Positions 24,805-33,211 of a stretch of 33,211 nucleotides of DNA are shown one piece after another. This DNA is from Ileibacterium sp. (lineage in GTDB: Bacteria; Bacillota_I; Bacilli_A; Erysipelotrichales; Erysipelotrichaceae). Position 1 is the first letter of the stretch. Every line of letters begins with the position of its first letter. The notes under the pieces were generated by a model. It was given only the letters and a program-made list of their open reading frames with translations, made no database searches and was not told the origin of the DNA. A program made the translations under genes and the position numbers. The stretch covers positions 77,208-110,418 of the forward strand of contig JABUSF010000001.1 of assembly GCA_021443945.1 (NCBI GenBank). Reading direction: 5' to 3'.

Positions 24805-24824
24805 TGTCTTTTGGATACGAAAAA

Positions 24825-24848
24825 ACTCACCGGCCTGGTGAGTTTTTA
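24825..24848. terminator. bidirectional intrinsic terminator between convergent genes
   Basis: AAAAA-ACTCACC-ggcc-GGTGAGT-TTTTATTT. Confidence 0.75.
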
Positions 24849-25553
24849 TTTAGAATCGGGCTGGGCTTTCAGAAGCAGATCCGGGTTGGGGCTGCAAAAG
24901 GAGAGCAGCTGAGCAGAAGACCATTTGTTAACCTGGCTTAGAAAATCCCGAGCGGTCAGGGCGGCCAGGGTCCGGCCCGTCAGAGTGAACTGAAAATAGC
25001 TGGAAAGAAGATGGACGATGGCAAGGCTTCTGTCCAGATAGGAAGAAGAAGTCGGAGTGCAGCGGCCTTTGATCACATCCCGGATGGGTTTTTCGATTTG
25101 GCCGAACACAGGCTTTAAGTGCTCCGAAGAATCAAGGAGTTCAAAAAGCTGCAGGATGTATTTTTCCTTCAGAAGGTTTTTGTACTGGGCAATGCTGGCG
25201 TTCTGCAAAGTAGTGCACAGCAGCCACACCATCAGAACTTCCACATTGTGCAGGTAGGAATCTTTTTTTCCAAACCGGGCTTCACACCGTCCAATCCATT
25301 TTTTCATCCAGTCCGAACCGGCGATGAAAGCACTGGCGTCTTCAATTTTTTCACTCCAGTGCCTGGACTCGATTTGGCATTCTCTTTCAAACTGCCTTCT
25401 GGAAAGTCCTGACAACGCGCAAAGGGTGTCTGTCAGTTCTTCCAGGCTGGAGTTACGGGTGCCGGACATCGAGGTGTAGAGGTAAATGCGGGCCAGCTTT
25501 CCCGGATGGCTTCGCTCCTGTCTGGCCAGATTTAAAATCTGCGTATCGTTCAT
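24846..25553 (-). CDS. hypothetical all-alpha-looking protein (235 aa), no family recognised
   Basis: A long ORF with AAAGGA SD 8 nt before the ATG at 25553; the ORF-track start at 25574 is GTG. A possible HTH-like stretch is LCALSGLSRRQFERE. Confidence 0.55.
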   Translation of the reverse strand: MNDTQILNLARQERSHPGKLARIYLYTSMSGTRNSSLEELTDTLCALSGLSRRQFERECQIESRHWSEKIEDASAFIAGSDWMKKWIGRCEARFGKKDSYLHNVEVLMVWLLCTTLQNASIAQYKNLLKEKYILQLFELLDSSEHLKPVFGQIEKPIRDVIKGRCTPTSSSYLDRSLAIVHLLSSYFQFTLTGRTLAALTARDFLSQVNKWSSAQLLSFCSPNPDLLLKAQPDSK

Positions 25554-25804
25554 GATGGTTTTCCTTTGCTTCACTCTAGCATGCCTGTCTTTTAATCAGC
25601 ATCTTTTTCTTGGGGAAATGCTTGATTGCTTTAAACAAAGCATTTTTAAACGAAAAAGAGATCTTTCATGAAATTCATAGGGGAAGCAGTCTGGACAGAA
25701 GTATTAATCAGCCTCATCTTTTCACCGAAGTGCAGGTTGGACTGCTTTTGAAAAGAAGAATACGGAAGAAATATGGTATAACTAGCGGTAGAAATGGAGA
25801 AATT

Positions 25805-27115
25805 ATGGCTAAAAAAGTTATACAGATTGAAGAAAAAGTTCCGTTTAAAATGCTTCTGCCATTAAGCATCCAGCATTTGTTTGCCATGTTTGGCGCCACT
25901 GTGCTGGTTCCTTTCCTTTTTGGCATTAACCCGGCAATCGTTCTGTTTATGAACGGATGCGGAACCCTGTTGTTTATTCTGATCACCAAGGGAAAAGCGC
26001 CTGCTTACCTTGGAAGCTCATTTGCCTTTATCGGCCCGGCAACCATCATTATCAATGAATGGGGATACCCTTATGCTCTGGGCGGATTTGTGGCTGTCGG
26101 CGCACTGGGATGCCTGATTGCTCTGGGCATCCGCAAATTTGGAACCCAGTGGATTAATGTGGTTCTGCCTCCGGCTGCCATGGGACCTGTTGTAGCACTG
26201 ATCGGTCTGGAACTGTCCAGTTCCGCGGCTTCCACAGCCGGCCTGATCGGGGATGCTGTCAGCATGAACAATGTCATCATTTTTGCGGTCACTCTTGGCG
26301 TTGCGGTAATTGGAAATGTCTGCTTCCGAAAATTCTTTGCGATCATTCCGATTCTAATTGCGGTTATCGCCGGATATGTCACAGCTCTCTGTCTTGGAGA
26401 AGTGGATTTTGCCCCTGTACTGAGCGCATCTTTCATTCAGCTTCCAAACTTCCAGTTTCCAAAGTTTGCTTTGGGACCAATTCTGACCATGCTGCCTGTC
26501 ATCTTTGTCATTGCCTCTGAGCACATTGGTCATCAGATTGTGACTTCTGAAATCGTTGGCCGGGATCTGATTAAAGATCCAGGCTTGGACAGATCTATGT
26601 TTGCGGATAACTTCTCTACCATGATCTCCGGTTTTGTTGGTTCTGTTCCAACAACAACCTACGGGGAAAACATCGGTGTAATGGCCCTGACTGGCGTATA
26701 TTCTGTCCAGGTCATCGCCGGAGCCGCTGTTCTGTCGATTCTCTGTGCTTTTATCGGACCTGTCTGCGCACTGATTCAGTCGATTCCAAGTGCGGTCATC
26801 GGCGGAATCTCCTTCCTGCTTTACGGAATGATCGGTGTTTCCGGTCTGCGCATTCTGATCGATGAAAAAGTGGACTATTCCAACTCTGTCAACATGATCC
26901 TGACGTCTGTTGTATTCGTAACAGGTCTTTCCGGCATCAGCGTGACTTTTGGAAACACCACTCTTTCCGGTATGGTGCTGGCCGCTTTAACCGGTATTTC
27001 CCTGTCCCTGGTTTTCTACATCCTGGACAAGCTGCACCTGCTCAATGAAACCAGTAAGGAGCCGGAAAACGAATTCACAGAACTGGAAGAAGAACTGGCT
27101 GCAGAGAAAAAATAA
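25805..27115 (+). CDS. uracil/xanthine permease (NCS2/NAT family)
   Basis: LSIQHLFAMFGATVLVPFLFG and ...YLGSSFAFIGP..., with multiple TM segments. GGAGA SD lies before the ATG at 25805. The ORF-track start at 25610 is an extension. Confidence 0.9.
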   Translation: MAKKVIQIEEKVPFKMLLPLSIQHLFAMFGATVLVPFLFGINPAIVLFMNGCGTLLFILITKGKAPAYLGSSFAFIGPATIIINEWGYPYALGGFVAVGALGCLIALGIRKFGTQWINVVLPPAAMGPVVALIGLELSSSAASTAGLIGDAVSMNNVIIFAVTLGVAVIGNVCFRKFFAIIPILIAVIAGYVTALCLGEVDFAPVLSASFIQLPNFQFPKFALGPILTMLPVIFVIASEHIGHQIVTSEIVGRDLIKDPGLDRSMFADNFSTMISGFVGSVPTTTYGENIGVMALTGVYSVQVIAGAAVLSILCAFIGPVCALIQSIPSAVIGGISFLLYGMIGVSGLRILIDEKVDYSNSVNMILTSVVFVTGLSGISVTFGNTTLSGMVLAALTGISLSLVFYILDKLHLLNETSKEPENEFTELEEELAAEKK

Positions 27116-27128
27116 TACTGAAAGGACA

Positions 27129-27175
27129 AACCTTAAGGAGATGGCTCAAACCCATCCTTTAAGGTTTTTTCTTTT
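27129..27175 (+). terminator. intrinsic terminator after the permease gene
   Basis: AACCTTAAGGAGATGG-ctcaaac-CCATCCTTTAAGGTT followed by TTTTTCTTTT. Confidence 0.85.
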
Positions 27176-27205
27176 GCCGGACAATCCATGGCTTTTTACA
27201 GGATT

Positions 27206-27214
27206 TGGTAAAAT
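27206..27214 (+). promoter_or_regulatory. extended -10 promoter TGgTAAAAT placed 6 nt before the ATG (leaderless-type)
   Basis: TGGTAAAAT-acagct-ATG, with no SD. Confidence 0.45.
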
Positions 27215-27220
27215 ACAGCT

Positions 27221-27877
27221 ATGAAATATGCAGCGATTTTACTGGCTGCCGGCAAAGGAAGCCGGACAAAGCTGGACTACAACAAAGTGTTTTTTGAATT
27301 CGAAGACGGCACCACTGTTCTGGAAAAGGGCCTGAAGACCTTTGACGCGGATCCGGACTGTACACAGATTATTGTGGTCAGTGCCGATTATGAAATCGAT
27401 CAGGTCAGAAAAGACTATTCTCTGTCGGACAAGGTGGAATTTACCGTGGGAGGAGCGGCCCGCCAGGATTCGGTGTGGAACGGACTGCAGAAGGTGGCTG
27501 AGGAATACGTTCTGATTCATGATGCCGCTCGTCCGTATCTGCAAAGCAAAGATCTGAAGGCTCTGAAAGAAAAGCTGGAAACCGAAGACGCCGCTTTGCT
27601 TATGGTACCGGCGGTGGATACAGTCAAGATTGTGGATGAAAAGGGATATGTGCTGAAGACTCCAGAGCGAAGGCAGGTGTTTCATGCCCAGACTCCTCAG
27701 GGGTTTAAAACCGAAGTCATTAAAAAGGCTCACGAAGCCGGGAAAAAAGCAGGTTTTGAAGCCACCGACGATGCTCAGCTGGCCGAACTGTTTTCAGATG
27801 TTCCTGTTGCCTGTGTGGTGGGGGATGTATCCAATAAAAAGATCACCCATCCAGATGATCTCAAGTCTGTGATTTGA
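27221..27877 (+). CDS. IspD/TarI-family cytidylyltransferase (2-C-methyl-D-erythritol-4-phosphate or ribitol-5-phosphate type)
   Basis: AAILLAAGKGSRT, GGAARQDSV, IHDAARP and HAQTPQGF are IspD-family motifs. Confidence 0.8.
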   Translation: MKYAAILLAAGKGSRTKLDYNKVFFEFEDGTTVLEKGLKTFDADPDCTQIIVVSADYEIDQVRKDYSLSDKVEFTVGGAARQDSVWNGLQKVAEEYVLIHDAARPYLQSKDLKALKEKLETEDAALLMVPAVDTVKIVDEKGYVLKTPERRQVFHAQTPQGFKTEVIKKAHEAGKKAGFEATDDAQLAELFSDVPVACVVGDVSNKKITHPDDLKSVI

Positions 27878-27893
27878 AAATCCGCAAGAAATG

Positions 27894-27917
27894 AAGCTCT
27901 CCCAGGAGGGCTTTTTT
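27894..27917 (+). terminator. intrinsic terminator after the cytidylyltransferase gene
   Basis: AAGCTCTCC/GGAGGGCTT stem followed by TTTTCATG. Confidence 0.55.
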
Positions 27918-27993
27918 CATGAGACCACATAAAATGATAAAAAAATAAAAAATATTTATAGTTTTCTAATTTTCATCCTTTTTAATATAGGGT

Positions 27994-30339
27994 ATGGAAA
28001 AATTGACTTTAAATAAAAAAACCAATCCGGAAACCGGATTGTCATCAAAAGAGGTTCAGCTGGAACCGGCCAACAATATTACCGAAGATGTGTCCAAGAC
28101 GTACGGGGCGATCTTTCTCCAGCATACCTTTACCTTTTTTAACGTGGTGAACTTTATTCTGTTTGTCCTCGTCATGTGGACTGGAAGTTATAAAAACGCC
28201 ACTTTTATCGGACTCATCGCCTTCAACGCGGTGGTGGGAATGTTCCAGGAAATTCGATCCAAGCGGATGCTGGACAAGCTGGCGATCCTAAACCAGGAAA
28301 AAGCAACGGTGATCCGAAATGGGCAGAGTCTGGTCATCCCCATGGACGAAGTGGTTCTCAACGACATCCTGGTGCTGAAAGCCGGAAATCAGGTTCCTGT
28401 TGACGGGGTGGTGGTCAGCGGCGGATGCGATGTAAACGAAAGCATGCTGACGGGAGAATCCGATCCCATTCAGAAAAAAGACGGAGACTCTATTTTTGCG
28501 GGCTGTTTTGTCACGGCGGGAAGCTGCCGCATGCAGGCTGCCGCGGTAGGAGATCACACCTACATGAACTCCATGCTCAAGCAGGTCCGCCGTTCCAAAC
28601 GCTATCCGTCGCAGCTGCGTGATTCCCTGGATCAGATTATTAAATTCTGCACCTGGATTCTTGTTCCCATGGGCGTCATTCTTTTTACAAAAACCTATTG
28701 GGGTGCGGGAGAGACGTTAAACCAGTCTATTCTGGCCACGACGGCTTCCATGGTGGGAATGATTCCGGAAGGACTGATCGTCCTGACCAGTATCGCTCTG
28801 GCTGTTTCCACGGTCAAACTGGCTCAAAAAGAAGTTTTGATTCAGGAGCTGTACTGTATTGAAACTCTGGCCCGGGTAGATGTGCTTTGTCTGGACAAGA
28901 CAGGAACGCTGACGAAAGGGGATATGCGGGTTAATGGCATCCTTTCCAAATCGGAGTGGAATGCCGGTCAGATTGAACAGCTGCTGGCCAATATGTACGC
29001 TTCTACAGAGGATGACAACCCCACTGCACAGGCAATTCGGGAGCATGTGAGCAAACTTCCGGTTCAGTGGAAATCGGATTTGAACTTTCCGTTCAGCTCT
29101 TCTGCCAAATGCTCCGGCATTGTGTATCAGGAACATACGTACTACATTGGGGCCTATTCCTTTATGGTGAATCATCCGGATCCGGCCGTGGTGGAAGAAA
29201 TTGAACATTACGCCAACAAAGGCATCCGTGTGCTGGCTTTAATGGAAGGACCAAGAGCAGAGGAGCTGAAAAAAGGCGATTATAATCTGATCGCTCTGGT
29301 GCTCATCGAAGACATTCTCCGGCCGGATGCAGCAGCCACTCTGGAATTTTTCAGAAACCAGGGGGTGCAGATTAAAATTATCTCCGGTGACCTTCCGCAG
29401 ACGGTGGCGGCCATTGCCAAGCAGGCAGGGCTGAAAGGTGCTTCCGTCAACATGTCCAAAGTGACAGAAGAAGAGCTGCCGGATGTGGTCAGTCATTACA
29501 CCATTTTTGGCCGGGTGACTCCGGATCAGAAGCGGGAAATGATTCAGGCGCTGAAAAAACAGGGACATACGGTGGCCATGACCGGAGACGGTGTCAACGA
29601 TGTTATGGCTTTAAAGGAAGCGGACTGCTCCATTGCCATGGGTGCAGGATCTCAGGCGGCCAAATCCATTGCTTCTCTGGTGCTTTTGAAAAACCAGTTT
29701 GAAGCCCTGCCCTCCATCCTGAACGAAGGCCGAAGGGTCATCAACAACATCCAGAGAACGGCTTCTTTGTTCCTTGTCAAAACCCTGTTCTCTGTGGTCT
29801 TGACCTTGCTGACGATTGTATGGCTCAAGCGGTACCCCTTTGAGCCAATTCAGCTGACGCTGTTCTCCTTTGTGGGAGTGGGTCTTCCCGCGTTTCTGCT
29901 GACACTTGAGCCCAATTATTCCCGGGTTACAGGGAATTTTCTGATCAATGTCCTCAGCCGGGCGGTGCCCGGGGCCATCAGTATGATCACCATGGTCATT
30001 CTGGCCAAACTGATGTGCGGCCTGTTTCCGGTCAGTGAAGAACAGTTTTCCACCATCTGCACCTGGCTGGCTGGCATTAATGCCTTGTGGGTGCTCAAAA
30101 GAGTCTGCTTCCCCCTGACCGCTATGCGCAAGGGAATTCTTGTGCTGGTGACAGCTGCTTTCCTGGTGGGGATGATCTTCATGCGGCCGATCTTCTCGAT
30201 TGTCCTTTTGCCTGCGCTGTGGGTGGGGATGATTGTGATTGCCGCCCTGCTGATTCCCTGGTATCTGCAGTGGCTGCAGACCATGAAATGGAAGCGCACC
30301 ATTGCTCAGCTGATCGATGCAAAAGAATCCTTACAATAA
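27994..30339 (+). CDS. cation-transporting P-type ATPase (HAD-IC superfamily, P2/P3-like)
   Basis: TGES, the phosphorylation motif CLDKTGTLT, the hinge MTGDGVNDVMALKEA, and about 10 TM segments. Confidence 0.9.
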   Translation: MEKLTLNKKTNPETGLSSKEVQLEPANNITEDVSKTYGAIFLQHTFTFFNVVNFILFVLVMWTGSYKNATFIGLIAFNAVVGMFQEIRSKRMLDKLAILNQEKATVIRNGQSLVIPMDEVVLNDILVLKAGNQVPVDGVVVSGGCDVNESMLTGESDPIQKKDGDSIFAGCFVTAGSCRMQAAAVGDHTYMNSMLKQVRRSKRYPSQLRDSLDQIIKFCTWILVPMGVILFTKTYWGAGETLNQSILATTASMVGMIPEGLIVLTSIALAVSTVKLAQKEVLIQELYCIETLARVDVLCLDKTGTLTKGDMRVNGILSKSEWNAGQIEQLLANMYASTEDDNPTAQAIREHVSKLPVQWKSDLNFPFSSSAKCSGIVYQEHTYYIGAYSFMVNHPDPAVVEEIEHYANKGIRVLALMEGPRAEELKKGDYNLIALVLIEDILRPDAAATLEFFRNQGVQIKIISGDLPQTVAAIAKQAGLKGASVNMSKVTEEELPDVVSHYTIFGRVTPDQKREMIQALKKQGHTVAMTGDGVNDVMALKEADCSIAMGAGSQAAKSIASLVLLKNQFEALPSILNEGRRVINNIQRTASLFLVKTLFSVVLTLLTIVWLKRYPFEPIQLTLFSFVGVGLPAFLLTLEPNYSRVTGNFLINVLSRAVPGAISMITMVILAKLMCGLFPVSEEQFSTICTWLAGINALWVLKRVCFPLTAMRKGILVLVTAAFLVGMIFMRPIFSIVLLPALWVGMIVIAALLIPWYLQWLQTMKWKRTIAQLIDAKESLQ

Positions 30340-30344
30340 AAAAT

Positions 30345-30379
30345 GCTTTGGCAAATCATTGTGCCAAAGCGTTTTTTTT
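30345..30379. terminator. bidirectional intrinsic terminator between the convergent ATPase and cyclophilin genes
   Basis: AAAAAAT-GCTTTGGCA-aatcattg-TGCCAAAGC-GTTTTTTTT. Confidence 0.85.
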
Positions 30380-30863
30380 ATCCTTCCACGCGGATGGATT
30401 TGATTTTCTGTTCAGATAAAGGTCTGTCCTGGAAGTTTGTTTTGGTGTTGGCGATATGATCAACGCCGTCCATTCCTTCGGTGACTTTTCCAAAGGCAGC
30501 GTAATCACCGTCCAGATGAGGAGCATCTGCATGCATGATGAAGAACTGGCTTCCTCCGGAGTTTGGATCCATCGCACGGGCCATGGAAAGAACGCCTCTG
30601 GTATGCTTGATGTCATTGTCTTTAAATCCATTGGATGCAAATTCACCTGGAATGGTGTGGCCTGGACCTCCCATACCGGTTCCCTGAGGGTCACCGCCCT
30701 GAATCATGAATCCTGGAATCACCCGGTGAAAAATCAGACCGTCGTAGAAGCCGTCGTTGGCGAGTTTTTCAAAGTTTTCTACGGTTTTAGGCGCTTTTTC
30801 AGGATAAAGTTCGCCTTTGATCACATCACCATTTTCCATTGTGATGGTAAAAGTCTTTGCCAT
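30378..30863 (-). CDS. cyclophilin-type peptidyl-prolyl cis-trans isomerase
   Basis: [45 protein letters not shown] is present. Confidence 0.95.
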   Translation of the reverse strand: MAKTFTITMENGDVIKGELYPEKAPKTVENFEKLANDGFYDGLIFHRVIPGFMIQGGDPQGTGMGGPGHTIPGEFASNGFKDNDIKHTRGVLSMARAMDPNSGGSQFFIMHADAPHLDGDYAAFGKVTEGMDGVDHIANTKTNFQDRPLSEQKIKSIRVEG

Positions 30864-30997
30864 ATCTGTCCTCCTGACTGTTTTCAGTCCTGTACTCCTA
30901 TTCTACACTGAAAACATATCCGTGAGTCCGCGGATGCCAAAACCCTGTAAGTCGGGTTAAAATAGTGACAGCATAATGAAATGAAGGAGTTTTACCT

Positions 30998-31807
30998 ATG
31001 AAAATATTGCTCTGCGCTCTGTCTGATCCTTTGCACGACAGCAAATTCGCCCGTAAAATCAAGTCTCTGCTGGAAGAACAGGGGTTCGAAGCCGATCTGG
31101 CCGGAAGCACTCTGCATGCCTGTCAGCCCAAAGAAAGAGCGGAAGAAGTCAATGCCGCTTTTAACGGCGGCGAGTACGAATGGGTTTTGGATATTTCCGG
31201 AGGCGATCTGGCCAATGAAGTTCTGCCGTTTCTGGACTATGAAGGATATGCCCAGTCGGAAGCCTACTTTGCCGGATTTTCTGATCTGACCTGTGTGGTC
31301 AATGCCTTGTATGCCAAAACGGGAAAAGAAGCCGTTCTGTTTCCCATCGGCTACCAGAGCGATCTGACCAAAACAGCTGCTTTTTTAAGAGGGGAAGACG
31401 AAAGTGCCCTGGAAATCAAAAGCTTCTGGGATGAAATGGAAGGCAACTACTGGATTGGCGGAAACATGCGCTGCTTTTTGAAGCTGGCGGGAACTCCTTA
31501 TTTTCCGGTATGCGAAAAGGGAACTCTCGTGCTGGAAGGCTATTCCACATCCATCAACAATTTCTATTCCATGATGGCTCATTTAGGCCAGATTGGAGTC
31601 TTTGAGCAGGTGGATGAAATTCTGTTTGGCCGTTTCCAGAACATTGAAAGTCAGATTGGTCTGGATTCCATGATGGACTTCTACAAGCAGGCTATGGAAA
31701 TTCTGGGACTGGAAGAGATGTGCTGGGGATTTGCACCGGAGTTCGGTCATATTCAGGACTGTCCGCCGCTGATCATCGGTGACGGCCGTGATGAAGAAGA
31801 CGAATAA
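30998..31807 (+). CDS. S66-family LD-carboxypeptidase / MccF-like serine peptidase (short, 269 aa)
   Basis: The nucleophile motif is AGFSDLT (family pattern GYSDxT). LVLEGY carries the Glu and the C-terminal PEFGH the His. AAGGAG SD is present. Confidence 0.65.
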   Translation: MKILLCALSDPLHDSKFARKIKSLLEEQGFEADLAGSTLHACQPKERAEEVNAAFNGGEYEWVLDISGGDLANEVLPFLDYEGYAQSEAYFAGFSDLTCVVNALYAKTGKEAVLFPIGYQSDLTKTAAFLRGEDESALEIKSFWDEMEGNYWIGGNMRCFLKLAGTPYFPVCEKGTLVLEGYSTSINNFYSMMAHLGQIGVFEQVDEILFGRFQNIESQIGLDSMMDFYKQAMEILGLEEMCWGFAPEFGHIQDCPPLIIGDGRDEEDE

Positions 31808-31826
31808 TTAGAAAAGGAGGAGCTGT

Positions 31827-32609
31827 ATGAAAAATGCTCCAAAAGGCTTTAAGCTGCAGTTTTCTGCTGCCGTCAAGCCATCGATTTATATGATTGTGCT
31901 CAGCTGTCTGTACAGTGTTCTGTATATGCTGTCGGCCAGAGCCAATTTCTCCAGTTCTGTTTCTCTGGCAGCTCAGACACTGCTCTTTGGAGCCTACGGG
32001 CTGGGACTCTATTTTGTCTGCACCATGATGTGGGGCAAAAAGCATGGGGTGTTAAGCCTGGGAAAAACCTGTCTGGTTCTGGCCTGGAATTTATTCTGGA
32101 TCTGTATGGTCAACCTGATTTCCTACGCCTACACTTTGGTGGTGAATGCAGGACTGTCCCAGTGGATTCTGCTGATTGTACAGCTGCTGGCAGGACTGCT
32201 GATTATCTTTCTCGTGCCTGCAACTCTTCTGTTCTACAAAGCTTTGTATGAAGATGCAGAAAGTTCGAAAGAGATTTTGGGAAGCATCTGGGTCTCTTTG
32301 AAAAAATCACCGTCAGCGATTTTAAACGCCTGGCTGATTTTGTTTATTGTCCTGATGGTCTGGGATACGCTGTTCAGTGGACCGCTTTCTATATACTATG
32401 GGTTCAATGCAACTCTTTTGATGGCCAATCTGCTGTATATCGGAAATCCAATGTTTTACTGGATCATGATGCTCTTTGTATCTGGTGCGCAGGGCGCTTT
32501 TGTCTATATGATTCTGCTGTATATCCTCTGGGGTCTTTTGTGCACCTGGCTGGAAATGAATCTGATCGCCTGGATCGGAAGCAAATGGCAGCCATCCAAA
32601 ACAGAATAG
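31827..32609 (+). CDS. polytopic membrane protein of unknown function (about 7 TM)
   Basis: AAGGAGGAG SD lies 19 nt after the S66 gene stop. The sequence has repeated hydrophobic segments. I recognise no family. Confidence 0.6.
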   Translation: MKNAPKGFKLQFSAAVKPSIYMIVLSCLYSVLYMLSARANFSSSVSLAAQTLLFGAYGLGLYFVCTMMWGKKHGVLSLGKTCLVLAWNLFWICMVNLISYAYTLVVNAGLSQWILLIVQLLAGLLIIFLVPATLLFYKALYEDAESSKEILGSIWVSLKKSPSAILNAWLILFIVLMVWDTLFSGPLSIYYGFNATLLMANLLYIGNPMFYWIMMLFVSGAQGAFVYMILLYILWGLLCTWLEMNLIAWIGSKWQPSKTE

Positions 32610-32617
32610 AGATCATC

Positions 32618-32648
32618 AACCCGGTTTGAATAAGCCGGGTTTTTGTTT
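32618..32648 (+). terminator. intrinsic terminator after the membrane-protein gene
   Basis: AACCCGG-tttgaataag-CCGGGTT followed by TTTTGTTTG. Confidence 0.75.
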
Positions 32649-32669
32649 GCAAAGAAAATCGAAGAATGG

Positions 32670-32697
32670 TTACAATGGCCCGGCATTTTGTGATAAT
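32670..32697 (+). promoter_or_regulatory. promoter TTACAA-16 nt-(TGt)GATAAT for the MATE gene
   Basis: Hexamers and an extended TG lie 30 nt upstream of the SD-bearing leader of the MATE gene. Confidence 0.45.
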
Positions 32698-32726
32698 CTT
32701 TTGCAAGTTGAGAAGAGGAGTTTAAC

Positions 32727-33211
32727 ATGCAGGAAAATAAAATGGGCGTAATGCCTGTCAATAAGCTGCTGATCACCATGGCTGTGCCCATGATGCTCTC
32801 CATGCTGGTTCAGGCTTTATATAATATTGTAGATTCCATGTACGTGGCTCAAATTTCTGAAAATGCGCTGACTGCGGTATCCCTGGCGTTCCCTTTTCAG
32901 AATTTGATGATCAGTGTCGGGGTCGGTACGGGAGTGGGTGTCAATTCTCTGCTCTCCAGACTGCTGGGAGAAAAGAACAGCAAAGAAGCCAGTGCTACGG
33001 CCGTCAACGGGATGTTTCTGGCCTTGTGCGGTTTTATCGTCTTTGCGGTGGTCGGAACTTTATGCGTTCGCCCGTTCTTTGAGTTTCAGACAAACATTCC
33101 TGAAATTGTAGAGGGCGGTGTCAGCTACCTTTCCATCTGCACTCTGTTTTCCGCCGGTCTGTTTGCGGCCACGATGACGGAAAAGCTGCTGGCTGCTACG
33201 GGAAAAACGGT
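32727..33211 (+). CDS. MATE-family efflux transporter (N-terminal part; continues beyond the window)
   Basis: Own translation; it is absent from the ORF track because no stop falls in the window. MQENKMGVMPVNKLLITMAVPMMLSMLVQALYNIVDSMYVAQISENALTAVSLAFP is a typical MATE N-terminus. AGAGGAG SD is present. Confidence 0.85.
   Translation, partial: MQENKMGVMPVNKLLITMAVPMMLSMLVQALYNIVDSMYVAQISENALTAVSLAFPFQNLMISVGVGTGVGVNSLLSRLLGEKNSKEASATAVNGMFLALCGFIVFAVVGTLCVRPFFEFQTNIPEIVEGGVSYLSICTLFSAGLFAATMTEKLLAATGKT

Noticed and set aside
25684-25700. A PyrR-binding attenuator upstream of the uracil permease.
   Set aside because: CAGUCUGGACAGAAG shares only the CAGUC start with the conserved ..CAGUCCAGAGAGGCU.. 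loop. This is not enough to call.
1-33211. CRISPR arrays, IS elements, integrases, prophage modules, toxin-antitoxin pairs and long direct or inverted terminal repeats.
   Set aside because: None was found on reading both strands. The only duplicated genes are the two diverged HTH-S24 paralogs, and their nucleotide similarity is limited to a ~26-nt patch. That gives no evidence of a recent mobile element or an invertible segment.

Overview
This 33.2 kb window looks like chromosomal DNA from a mid-GC Bacillota (Firmicutes) anaerobe; that taxon call is inferred from gene content and signals only. I saw no rRNA or tRNA gene, CRISPR array, transposase, integrase or phage structural gene.

Gene content from left to right:
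- The 5' part of nrdG (minus strand, running off the window edge) and an orphan BlaI-family repressor.
- A five-gene sortase-dependent pilus operon on the minus strand (1156-7990): major pilin, class C sortase, small pilin, compact sortase, then a 958-aa tip adhesin.
- A DUF871/MupG-like gene, an orphan P-loop/wHTH ATPase, a GH36 alpha-galactosidase and a PadR-DUF2812 pair.
- Class Ia RNR nrdA-nrdB, LexA/HdiR-like repressor A, an Fe-alcohol dehydrogenase and class III RNR nrdD.
- LexA/HdiR-like repressor B, divergent from a Y-family polymerase plus a coupled 88-aa ORF, followed by a 235-aa orphan.
- A uracil/xanthine permease, an IspD/TarI-like cytidylyltransferase, a P-type ATPase, a cyclophilin, an S66 LD-carboxypeptidase-like gene, an unknown polytopic membrane protein and the start of a MATE transporter.

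Most unusual observations:
1. Two inverted HTH-S24 repressor paralogs bracket adh-nrdD. One has lost both the scissile Ala-Gly and the catalytic Lys.
2. Five genes show an extended -10 element, exactly 6 nt, then ATG. This suggests leaderless transcripts.
3. The pilus locus has a non-canonical IPFSG sorting signal next to a compact second sortase, and a possible thioester-type tip adhesin.
4. The nrdA and nrdD upstream regions are structured and carry palindromes, and an orphan promoter-terminator unit lies upstream of nrdD.

All functional calls come from motif recognition by eye. No database search was possible.
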